This document shows, piece by piece, positions 27,717 to 39,240 of a stretch of 64,000 bases of DNA. Position 1 is the stretch's first letter. Each line of letters starts with the position of its first letter. This DNA is from the human T2T-CHM13v2.0 reference genome, Homo sapiens: the NCBI RefSeq assembly GCF_009914755.1, contig NC_060930.1; one strand, given 5' to 3'. The notes beneath the pieces were generated by a model, which ran no database searches, was not told the DNA's origin, and saw only the letters and a list, made by a program, of their open reading frames with translations. A program made the translations under genes and the position numbers.

Positions 27717-28115
27717 AGATACAGGTAGATAGAGATATATAGCTATTGATACACTGTATATATGACTGGATCAGTGGCAAAGAGGAACATCTATTCCTTT
27801 ACATTGTAAGATGACTGAATTGAACCTATAGTGATGGCTTATATGAATGTTTATTTTTCCTGTAACTTTGCCTGTGGAAGGAAAATAATGATATAGGCAC
27901 GTGGGAAAACAGGTGCGCCTCGGTTTAAGAAAAGCTGAAATTAAAAAATTACCTTGCAACTGTAAACTAGTTGGTGGTTTACATTACAAATGTATTAGTC
28001 ATTTGCTCATCTCAACAGAAAATTCTTCTTGTACATATTTGACATAAAAGTGGCAAGGATGTCTTGGTAATATAGTACATAAAAGGTAGATGACGTGAGG
28101 ATGATAACCAATATC

Positions 28116-28230
28116 TAGGGTGATCATATATTTTATGGTTCAACCTGGGGCATTTTTGCACATGAAAGGGAGAACTTTTAGTAATTATTCTGGGACACAA
28201 GCATAAACAGCAACAGTCCTGGACAAACCA
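28116..28230 (+). mobile_element. MER81-like hAT MITE
   Basis: Starts tagggtgatcatata; body resembles recalled MER81. Confidence 0.6.
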
Positions 28231-28299
28231 ATAGTAGGAATATTGGTGTGCTACTTCAGAATTTGTACAGTAATATCTACTTCTGCCTACCTCCTAAAC

Positions 28300-29230
28300 A
28301 TTAATGACCCTAAATTCCTTTCCAGCCCTGATTACCCTCTGAATTGCAGATTCACATCTCTATCTGCCCTCTGTGCCATCACAGATATTTCACTTTTAAA
28401 ATGTCCAGAGTAATCCATTCGTGTTCGTAGTCTTAGTCATCCACGTCTCAGGATGGAGCTTCTCTCTTTGCCATTTCTCACCTCCAACTGGTCACCAAGT
28501 CTGTTTCATTCCACCTGCCACTCTGGCCTCTCTTCCTCTTTTCCATGACCACAGTCTCAGTTCATCCTTGTTCTGTGCAAATTCTTTTCAAATGAAGGCA
28601 AGACAGCAACCCACTGCTCTCTTCTCTAGACCACTGTGGCGGTCTCCTAAGCAGTGCCCCTATTGTCAGTCTTCACTGGCTAGTCTATCATCCACACTGC
28701 AGAGGGACGTTTCTAAAGTGCAAATCTAATCAGCTCATTGTTCTGGGTAAATACCTGAATGACTTCCAGAGTCCACAGGCTGAAGTCCCCATGTTCACGA
28801 GCGTGTTTGGGAAGGTTCTTCACAATTGGGCCTCTGACAGCTTCTTCAGCATTATCTCCTCCTCTCTCTGCCTTACAATGAATCTTCCACAAGGCCACAG
28901 TTCCAGTCCCAAGAACTTAGCACGCTGCTTCACATCTATCTGTTCTCATAGTACTTACCCCTTGCTTGGGAGTATCTGATAAACTCCTACTCATTCTCAA
29001 TATACAGGCCAATACTCACCTTCTCTGAGAAGCCTTTCCTAGTGTACCCATGCCAAAATATTTCACTATTTCTTCCTTAGAGTTACCGTTTAGCCTGTAC
29101 CATGTTTCTCTTATTAAATGCTGTATCATAATTATGTTTTTACTTATCTGTTTCCCTGCTAGACTGAAGCATCTTGAAAGCAGGGCCTTATTATATTTCA
29201 GGATACCTAGCACCTAGCACACTAACTGTC
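28300..29230 (+). mobile_element. L2 remnant
   Basis: Typical L2 3' region (ccacactgcagagggacgtttctaaagtgcaaatct, actagactgaagcatcttgaaagcaggg). Confidence 0.65.
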
Positions 29231-29233
29231 ACA

Positions 29234-29538
<305 letters not shown>

Positions 29539-29583
29539 ATTATATACAGATGTTCAATAATGCTTCTGGAATATAAATGTAAA

Positions 29584-29893
29584 CAGTTATCCCTCAGCAT
29601 CCATGGGAGATTGGTTCCAGGACCCCACAGATACCAAAATTCATGGTTGTTCAAGTTTCTTACATAGAATGGTGTAGTATTTGCAATACTATAACCTATG
29701 CACATCCCCCTATATATATTATATCTAAATTACCTCTAATACCTAATGCAATGCCTATACATCACTTCGTTCATATGGATTCAAAGTAATACTCAGCATA
29801 TGGTAAATTTGTATTTTGCATTTTGGAACTTTGTGGAATTTTTCCAAATATTTTTAAGCCATGATTGAATCTATGAATACAGAGGGCCAACTG
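29584..29893. mobile_element. MER2-family TcMar-Tigger MITE
   Basis: Terminal inverted repeats cagttatccctc.../...gagggccaactg followed by TA. Confidence 0.85.
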
Positions 29894-31072
29894 TACTTAA
29901 TTTTCTCCTGCCTTTTTGGCAGGACCAGAGATGAGGTTCAGATGCTTTTGATGCTTGGAGATAGCCTACTTTCCTTTTAGTCCTGTGGGTCTCTCTGCAT
30001 GAGTTGTCATTCAGGTAGCTTCTGCTGTGGTTCAAGGAGTAGAAGTGGAGGAGATGGTGCAGTACCTCCTGAGCCGCCCTTGGAGACTGTGCTTTGTAAC
30101 TCTGGGCTCTGCAGTGGACCTTCAAGATCCAGATGGTGAGGGGCAGCACTGAGATTGGGAGAGGGCCACATCTCACCTCTGCCTGTAGCCCAGTGACACT
30201 CTGACCTTGAGCACAGTGGCTCTGGGAACATGGAAAAGTAGAATCTTGGCACGATCTTTGGAATTTTCATTGCAGACAAGATCAGCAGCACCAAAGGGAG
30301 CATCTTTTGAGCGCTGGGTATTTATGAACACAGATGGATGGGCATCCTTTAGGGGAATCCCAGACATAAGTGGTGGGAAAGGGCTGTAGGACTTCCCAGT
30401 AGAAGGCTGGAGAATTTAGAAAGGGAAGTTCAGACAAAACCCGTAGCTAGGTGGATGTAACTTGTGAGATTTGGGTCACATGAAATCCATGTGGCAGGTA
30501 ATTTGCAAAAAGTGGTATTACTTATCAAGTTCAAGGGGCAATATTACTGATTTTTATACACAATGAACTCCTTTACTCTATTTAAAGCCAAATATTAGTT
30601 ACTTTCTTGATAGAAGGCTTTCTAAGACACAGCTTTCCTTAAATCTAAGAATCAGTCATGGACTTTTCTAGAGCAAGGGCTTGAAGAATGCTTAAAAAGT
30701 CATTAAGACCAGCCCTGGGCATTTGTTTTGAAATGTTTCAGCAGGTTTTTGCACCATCAGGACTGTGGTCAGAACATTATATTCAATAAAAATAGATGGA
30801 AACAGCTGGGTGAAAGTTCCTAGTAGCTTTATTATCAACCTCCTGTGTTGGTGGTCTGCCCTTCTTGTCCGGGAGCCTTTTCTACTGTGATGTTAACTTT
30901 CAAGCGTACATTATTTCCTCTCCACGAAAGCCTGCATTTAGCTTACATTAGAAGTGGGGAAATTGTACAACAAAAGGATCAGGAATTCTGCCTGGGCTGT
31001 GGGAGGAGCTAATCTTGGTGAAAACATTTCCTCAGATGTTTTCTTGAAAATTCTTTCCTCAAGAAAGAATTA

Positions 31073-31384
<312 letters not shown>

Positions 31385-32642
31385 TTAAGATAGTTTTAGC
31401 AAGTTTCAACCATATCTGATACCAACATGAAGTAACAATGAGTTTCCACAAATATTTATTTCTTGGTATTTCCTTTACTATTTAAGAGATTTCACTGCTC
31501 TTCAAGCACTAGTGGTTGGATTAATATGTGCCATTGCCGGGAACTAGGGACACAATTTTCATGATAATCTCTTAAAGGGTTTGGGGTCCAAGGTCAAAAG
31601 AGAATACTATTGTTATTTTATTTTTTTTAAATTTTTGTTGATCATGAGAATTGTTTATAATGTCAACTACCAGTTTTGGAAAGCGGCAATTCTGAAGTAC
31701 TCTGGCCAGTACTGGTGGAATATCATTAGAAAAAAAAAAAAAAAACTGTGTTAAACATTCTAATATGCTAAATATGGTGCCTCGTGACTTAGTTTGTAAA
31801 ATTAGTATAGCACATGGATGGATGTTTTTCCATTAGGCTGTTGCGGAGTGCGTTGAATAGACTTTCACATTGACTCTGCTCATGTTTTAATGTTTTTCCT
31901 GTTAATTCCTGACAGCTTTTACAAGTTGTATTTTTCTCAATATTTTTCTCTGTCTAGTTGTCTTTTTTGTTTATTTAGTTGTTTTATTGGATATTTGAAA
32001 TTTTATCTTGTCAAATCTATCTTTTTATTGAAATTCTTTATGTTGTATTTAAGTGTTCTGTTATTCCCTTTGAAGATTTAATAAGTAGTTTGTTCTATTT
32101 TCTTGTGGATTTGAGATTTATACTCAACTCTTTAAACGGGCTAATTTATTTTAGTCTGTGGTATAAAGTGATGGTTGAAAGTGGTTTTTTCCCTGCCAAA
32201 GAGCGAAATTGCTTTCTCAGGACAATTCCCTTTCTTTCCATTTATCATTTAATGTATACTTTAACCAATATTTAAATTTTATATTCTATATAATAAATTT
32301 TAATTCTGGATGCTCTGTAGCTCTTAGTCATAAGATGCCTTGGCAAACACCTGAATGACCATCCTAATTAAACAAATCAACCGTATCAACCCACCGCAAA
32401 TACACAGAAAATTCTCCACAAACATAGCTTTTCAAGAAAAACAATCAAAACGAGAGGAGACGGTAGAGACTGAGTATGTTAACTTTCTCCACAGGTCTGG
32501 TCTTGATTTATTTTAAGGCACATGGGTCACTGCATTTTTTCTGGGCTGTGTTAAGCCTCAGTCGTTTGTGACCAGCCAGCCTCACATCAGCTAAATCCTT
32601 TCTTTGAAGGCTGTCCCAGAAACTGAATACATACATACGTAC

Positions 32643-32753
32643 CTTTTCAACTAATTCCTCTACGTCAGACAGAAGGCTTTTCATCGTGTTCTCAGCATTG
32701 TTGATTTGTATCTTTCTTAGGGCGTATTGGTTTTCTCTTTCTGACAATTTTGT
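32643..32753 (-). CDS. LAMA4: LAMA4 exon 9 (111 nt, phase 0-0): TKLSERENQYALRKIQINNAENTMKSLLSDVEELVEK
   Basis: Acceptor TTCTTCTGCAG, donor AAG|GTACGT at 32642; overlaps ORF 32508..32747. Confidence 0.97.
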
Positions 32754-33529
32754 CTGCAGAAGAATGTGTTTTGAGAATAGTCAATGTGCACACCAGGTTT
32801 TAAAAAATGTACATAAAACTCTTTCAGTGTAAGAGGACTCAGAGTAGAGTGTGAGGCTCTTTTCTCAAAATAGTGGGGTCCGCAGGCTGCTGCAGCCTGA
32901 TATGAAGGGTGGGGTCTGCAGAGGGGACTGAGGCCCTTAGGGGCTAAAATTCTGCAAGCTCCACTCACTAGACCAGGGATGCTGGTCAGGGGCTGGGTTG
33001 ACCATGGGGAAAGGGCTCCTTTTTCTAATTTGTACAAAGGTACAATATAGGCTGGTGGTGGCCCTGGGTGTCTGAGCTTTAGAATTTTAATTTTGTTAGG
33101 TCTGGAAGAACTGACCAACCCATCAGTATTGATGTAAATGGAGTATAGAAATTAACTTTCCTCATTTTAATGCAAGTCTCTTTATTTCAGACCCCTGGCT
33201 TTCTCCTTTTTCATTTTCGAGGAGTTGGGTCTAAATGCGGCTTTACTGAGATTACTTGGGAGTGAGCCCTTCAATCTTGACACTGACTTCCTGTCTGCCA
33301 TAATGATTCCTGTCTTGAAGTTGTGCCTTTGAGGAAAGAGAATCTGAGTGGTTTCAGGAGGCCTGGATCTGGGTGACTCCCCTGGCGGGTAGTGTCTTCA
33401 TGTGTTCCAATAGGTAATTTTGGACAAGAACAATTTCAAAGTTTAGAATAAAATTCACACCAAGATTCTATCCAGGCTACAACACAATTTTTGTTTTTGC
33501 TTACACTTTACATATTTGGCCAACTGCTA

Positions 33530-33775
33530 TGGATATCATTTGCACCTCCAAAAAGCAATGAGTACTTAGTATGCCAGGTACTGTTCTAACTTCTGTACAT
33601 ATATCAATTCACTGAATTCTCTCAACAGCTCATGAGATAGAGGCAATAATTATTCAGGAAACTGAGGAATTATAGAGGTTAAATAACTTACCTACGGTCA
33701 CACAGCTAGTGGGTGTCAGAGCTGGGATTTGAATACAAGCAACCTAGTTTCAACGTCCATGCTCTCAATCATTTT
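33530..33775 (-). mobile_element. MIR
   Basis: MIR core (gaaactgagg...gaggttaaataactt...ggtcacacagctagt). Confidence 0.8.
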
Positions 33776-33934
33776 CCTAAATTGACTAACAAAGCAAAAC
33801 AATGTGCTGGTATTGAATTCCATTTTCCCTCAGCTAATGATTATTATTTTAAAAATATCCTTTTGTTGTGATAGAAGCCCATGATTTAGTGGGAAAGAAA
33901 ACTTGTAAATCTTAGCTATACAAGGACCTTTATA

Positions 33935-34245
33935 TAGTCATCCCTTGGTAGTTGTGGGAGATTGGTCCCAGGACCCCGTGGGGATGCTCCAGTTCCTGAT
34001 ACAAAATGGCCTAGTATTTGCAGATAATGTATGCACATCCTCCAGAATACTTTAAATCATCTCTAGATTACTTATAATACCACTTATAATACTAACACAA
34101 TGTCAATGCTGTATAAATAGTTGTTACACTGTATTTTTCTTTTTTAATTGTTGCATTATTTTTTATTGTTTTTATAAAATATATTTTCTATCTGTGATTG
34201 GTTGAATCTGAGGATGTGGAACCTGTGGATATGGAGGGCCAACTG
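33935..34245. mobile_element. MER2 TcMar-Tigger MITE
   Basis: TIRs tagtcatccctt.../...ggagggccaactg with TA flanks. Confidence 0.85.
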
Positions 34246-34855
34246 TATTACTGTTTTTGTTTTTTAATCTGTTGGCTGCTTTTAACTTGTTTACTAGGTA
34301 TTAACCAGTAGAGCTATGAGGAGAAACAAGGTGTGTGTGAATGTCTGCGTTTGACTGTGAGTATGAGAAAATGAGAGAGAATGTGTGTAAATAAGAAGGA
34401 AAGGTGGGTGGGTGGTGGGGTGAGGAGAGACAGAGAAGAAGAAGGATGCTTCTAGACAAACTCAAAACCTTGCAAATTAAGGCTAAGGAAATGGCAGCCT
34501 TGCAGTACCTTTTGTGGTAATGACTTAAACAAGTAATGTATGGCTGCGCCAAGGAAATAAGTGTTTCTCTTTCCTCAGTAGTTTTGGGCATAGATACTAG
34601 TCTTTTAGTCATTTCATTTCCCATATAACCTCTTTTGTAGACAGTAGTTCTTGTTTTGGCCCAAGCTCATAGTTACAATCAACTTTTCATAATTTCCTAT
34701 GAAATTACTTATGTTTTCTATGTTAGACCTACAGGTCTAACAACCTGTAATACAGGTATGAGACTCAGATACAAAAAGGGGTAGAAGGAATTACTAGCTG
34801 CGGGCCTGTGAAGCCAGGATGAAAACAGAGTGGAAAGTAGAACATTCCTGCGTAC

Positions 34856-35007
34856 TTTGAGGAGGTAGATGGTGGCGTTGATTTCATTCACGTGCCTATG
34901 AGCGGCGGCCCCAGAGGATACGCTCAGCACCCCGGATTTGCCTTCCTCGATGGAGAGCGCTGCTAACCGCAGGTCATCAGTCAGGTCCCAGACGCACTTA
35001 TCACAGC
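34856..35007 (-). CDS. LAMA4: LAMA4 exon 8 (152 nt, phase 1-0): CDKCVWDLTDDLRLAALSIEEGKSGVLSVSSGAAAHRHVNEINATIYLLK, start of coiled coil
   Basis: Acceptor CACCTCCAG, donor AAA|GTACGC at 34855; CxxC motif typical of the start of the laminin coiled coil. Confidence 0.96.
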
Positions 35008-36515
35008 CTGGAGGTGAAACATTTCTTCAGAATCACAAGTCAAAAGCATGCTAAAGGCAGGCCGTTTTAGCAGAACATAAATCTCTATTTCCTTGGTTAA
35101 TACCATTTTTATTTTTGTCTCATGAAGAGCTGTAATTCTATTCTTGTCAGGCTTTAGTATCTTGCTTGGCATTAGCTAGTGAAGATGGCTATTGGCTAGA
35201 CGCTCCTCCTCTCCTATTAGCTTTTCTCAGTATTCAGGGGCTAGCACCAGCCTTCTCCCCACCCCAGGGAGGGCACAGCTCCTCCTCACAGCCCCACTTC
35301 CTGGCAGGATGAACACTTCAGCACCGGGAGGTCTGAGGTTATCGCTGCGAGAGTCGCTTCCTGACATCTGATGAGGGTACCAAAGTTCAGGCTGAACGTG
35401 GGCACATGGGGAGGCAGGTCCCAGTTCCTCATCACTTCTCACTTTTCACATTTGAGTTCCTCTGACCACTGTCATCACCTCCAGAACCCAGGGCCCTCCT
35501 GTGACACACTCACAAGGATGGCACTCTGTGTTTCAGAACTGCCTTGATCACCTTTTGCAACGTGCCTGTTCCCGATCTCTTTCCCTCAGATGGTGCTCTC
35601 TTCTAGAGACGTGATAAAGGGAGACTGGCGTGTTAATGGTTGTTAATATGTTAATTTGTTATTTGAAGTTTAACATGGTTTTACTTATAAGCTCTCTCAA
35701 GGGAATGATTCCCAGCCAGTACTTCAGGCTTGGTGGGGGAGATGCTTAGGACCAGGCAGGCATCTTGATGTTCTTAAATTGGCCTTGTCTAGGGGCCACC
35801 TGTTCAATCAGGGTGTAAACTTGGCATTACTTGTGCCTCACATCCTATGGCATCTTCTAAGATGTAATCCAATGGTAAGGTTAATCTCGTCTGCTCCGAG
35901 GGACTGAGAGACCAAGATACTTCTGTTTGGGGGAGGGGATGCCTACTATTAAAATAGTTTTTAAACCAAAAGTTTTGTTCCTAGTGTAACTCCTCATGAT
36001 TTAATTAACAGGAGAGCCAGAGAAAACCAGGAGAGATAAAAGGCAGTTCCATTTTGTAAAGCCTGAATATTTACTTCTGCTCCCACTTCAGATTTGAGGT
36101 AACTTGGGAGAAGCCACTTAAATCTCTTGGTATCTCAGTTTCCCCTGGTGTTGTAAATTGTTTGTACGTCGTATTTTCAGGGACCTGAAGAGACGATATA
36201 GGAAAAGGAGCTGAAAAGAGCTCTGTCACTGGGAGTTGTGTTTCTGACTTTGCCTTTAGCCATTAGGTAAGATTCTGAATGTAAAGACTGGATAAAATAG
36301 AGCTATGCAAATGTAAACCACCCATTTGCCCTAGGGAATCAAGTGGACCACCAAGTACTTGGTGCAGGCTCCATTTGCTGAGGTGCAGAAAGGGTTAAGT
36401 CCAGGGGTGGGACTCAGCAGTTTCTAGAGAGTGATATTGCATAGCTTTTCTTAATCCCACACCTGCAGCACATTAGAGAAAGTGGGGTTAGTCAATCATG
36501 TACTGTTATTTTTAC

Positions 36516-36611
36516 TTATGGTTGGGCAGTCCATGCCTGTAGGGGGTTCAAAACCTTCTTCCAAGCATTCTCCGGTTACACTGTCACATGGGCCTCCCCC
36601 GCAGTTGCACA
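36516..36611 (-). CDS. LAMA4: LAMA4 exon 7 long form (96 nt, phase 1-1): (V)CNCGGGPCDSVTGECLEEGFEPPTGMDCPTI(S); short form 36537-36611 (75 nt)
   Basis: Acceptor TTCCCACAG; GT donor at 36515; in-frame CAG|GCATGG donor candidate at 36536. Confidence 0.94.
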
Positions 36612-38271
36612 CTGTGGGAAACAAAAACAAGAGACGAGAAATGCACTTCTTAATGCTTAAAATATGGCAATATTTTCCTGGTTTCTAGAAACACTAGCTA
36701 TCAGTGTATAATTCATCAATGGGAATTAATTACATTCTTCCTTCAGACTGTGTAGAATCTACGATACAGAGATTACGCCCTTCATCCGATTAAGCTCCAG
36801 CCCAATGAGATTTTCAAAGGTGACCCTGGGCAAAATTGAATCTAAGTTTTCTAGGATTTCTCTCCCAACTCTTTGGGATTCTGACATGACAGTGCAATTG
36901 CTTTAGTCCAAAAATGTCCTGGTAAGTTTCACAAGATACTAAATGACCACGAGCTCATCATTCAACTGGAAATTGAAAGCCATCCCTTCCTTGCAGACTG
37001 ATACTCCAGTTTAATTTAACTTGGGGGTTGATCATTGCCAGGTGTGAGGGAGGAGCAGCTTAGCAAGGAGTGAGTGAGGAGGCCCAGGAGCGATTCTTGG
37101 CTCCCACTGCGCTTGACCCTTGGCAAGACAGACTCCAAACCTCCAAATGACAGCTATGAGTGCAATAAGAATAATGTGCTGCAAGGAATCAGGAACATTT
37201 TTACATGAATTTAGAAGACATGGGAGCCCATTATTCATCTACTGATGATTTTCTGTAATGCCTTTTGGAAAAAGCAAAAACAAAAGCCCAATCTCATCAG
37301 ACTGTTCAATTTCCACTGAGTTTCTGGGTGGGAACTAATTTGTAATATTTAAAGAGGAATTCTCTTACCATCTATGCTAGCAATTAACTGGAATAGAATT
37401 GTGCATTTCCCCCCACTTCTTAACTGTCTTTACAGAATAATCATAAAAACCAGGTTCATGGGAGATCTATTTATTACATTTCATCTGTTTAATGTTCCAC
37501 AAAATGCAGATTTATTAAATCTTTCAGCAAGATCATGCTTTATTGCTTCTAAAATTAGCTTCTCTTCCAAGAGTGACCTGCATCTTTATAGTTTAAACAC
37601 AAATTTAGTAAATGTTTTGAGAATCAGGATGTCAACCTTTCAGGCTTTGATTTTGCCAACATTATTTCTGCTGTCCGCCTTCTCTCTCTTTAGCCTGACT
37701 AGACACAGTGCTCCTTCCTTTCTGCTGTCATTCTCAGTGTTATGCCTCTATGCACATTGCTTTTTTGTAGACATGTTTACTTTTATTGTGACTTCTGCAG
37801 AACATATATGTTGCATTTTTTTGATTTAAAACTCCTTACTCCTTGAATCTTTTCAAGTGGAAATCTGTTTCAGTGAAAGAATTCCTTATAGAGGCATGCC
37901 ACAGGAGTACAATATTTCCTGCTCTCCCACTCTCCCCTCAAAGTCACATAAGAGTAAGACATACTCAATCTCAGCCTTCCTGTACTCTTAGAGGAAAGCA
38001 ATGTCACCTCACTTTTGAAGAGCTTCACTCTATGTGGCAAATGGATGAATAAGATTTGTGCGTTTCTGTCTAACTGAAGCCTAACCAGAAAGTTTTCTAT
38101 GCTATCTTTGAAATATTTACCTCTTATAATTTGAGGAAATTGGAGGATGGTGGTGATTAAATGGTACCCTTGACTTGCTAATCTATTTTATGGAAATCTT
38201 GATTTTACCAAACATAACTGAACGAGAGATATAGCCCTCTGAATAAGAAAACTGATTTGAACCATGCAAGG

Positions 38272-38279
38272 TTTCTTTT

Positions 38280-38347
<68 letters not shown>

Positions 38348-38405
38348 TTCTTTCTTTCTTTCTTTCTTTCTTTCTTTCCTCTTTCTTTCTTTCTTTCTCT
38401 CTTTC
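38272..38405. repeat. (TTTC)n expanded pyrimidine tract derived from an Alu A-tail
   Basis: About 130 bp of only T/C at the Alu tail position. Confidence 0.95.
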
Positions 38406-38671
38406 AGAGAAGAATCTCTCTGTCACACAGGCTGGAGTGCGGTGGCACAATCTTGACTCATGGCAACCTCTGCCTCCACCTCCTGGGTTCAAGGGATGCT
38501 GGGTGGGACTATAGGCACCCACCACCATGCCCAGCTAATTTTTGTATTTTTAGTAGAGACAAGGTTTTGCCATGTTTGCCAGGCTGGTCTCAAACTCCTG
38601 GCCTCAAGCCATCCACCCACCTCAGCCTCCCAAAGTTCTGGGATTACAGGAGTGAGCCACCATGCCTGGCC
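38276..38671 (-). mobile_element. Old Alu with a small internal deletion
   Basis: TSD tgaaccatg(c/a)a(a)g(g/a)tttc at 38258-38275 and 38672-38689 (16/18 identical). Confidence 0.92.
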
Positions 38672-39025
38672 TGAACCATGAAAGATTTCATTCAGTCTCC
38701 TGGTTAATGGCAGGTAATCCATAGAAGTCCGATTTATTTCTTTGATTAAAACTAGAAGGATATAAGATGCTAAGACAAAAGTTCATTTGTTGTGTTTGTG
38801 TCTCCTAGTTTATTCCACCCATGAGCAAAATTATATTAGTAGCCTTGATAAAAATTTCTATCCCTGATGGGTTTGGGATGCATATTCCTGAGAATGTACA
38901 TTGCCCTGGGAAAGTGACAAGGGGGCACTCACAATACTTCCCCAAGAGAAATTCTTCATCTAAATTCAGTATTGGCAGAGGGTCATGCTGGCCAGGCAGC
39001 TGGCTTAGTATTTATGATACTGCAC

Positions 39026-39240
39026 CTGCACAGTTCTTGGCTATCCTGGCGTCCCCATAGTAGCCAGGAGCGCAACGTTCACACTTGAATCCAGTGGTGT
39101 TGCGTAAGCAATTCCTACACTGGCCAGTGACTTCATCACAATCTTCAAAGATCAGGTTGGGATCTGAATTTCCACTGCAGTCACATTTCTTACAGGTGCT
39201 TCCAATGAGTAAGGGGTTTCCATAGTAACCGGGAGCACAT
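39026..39240 (-). CDS. LAMA4: LAMA4 exon 6 (215 nt, phase 2-1): LE repeats [11 protein letters not shown]...[19 protein letters not shown]
   Basis: Acceptor CTCTTCAG, donor CAG|GTGCAG at 39025; ORF 39012..39257 shows laminin EGF cysteine spacing. Confidence 0.98.

Noticed and set aside
37374-37829. Longest ORF in the track (151 aa, + strand)
   Set aside because: AT-rich, Leu/Phe/Ser-biased, no recognisable domain or splice context; expected by chance in intron
38205-38674. Low-complexity KERK/FFLS ORFs
   Set aside because: Translations of the (TTTC)n tract plus Alu
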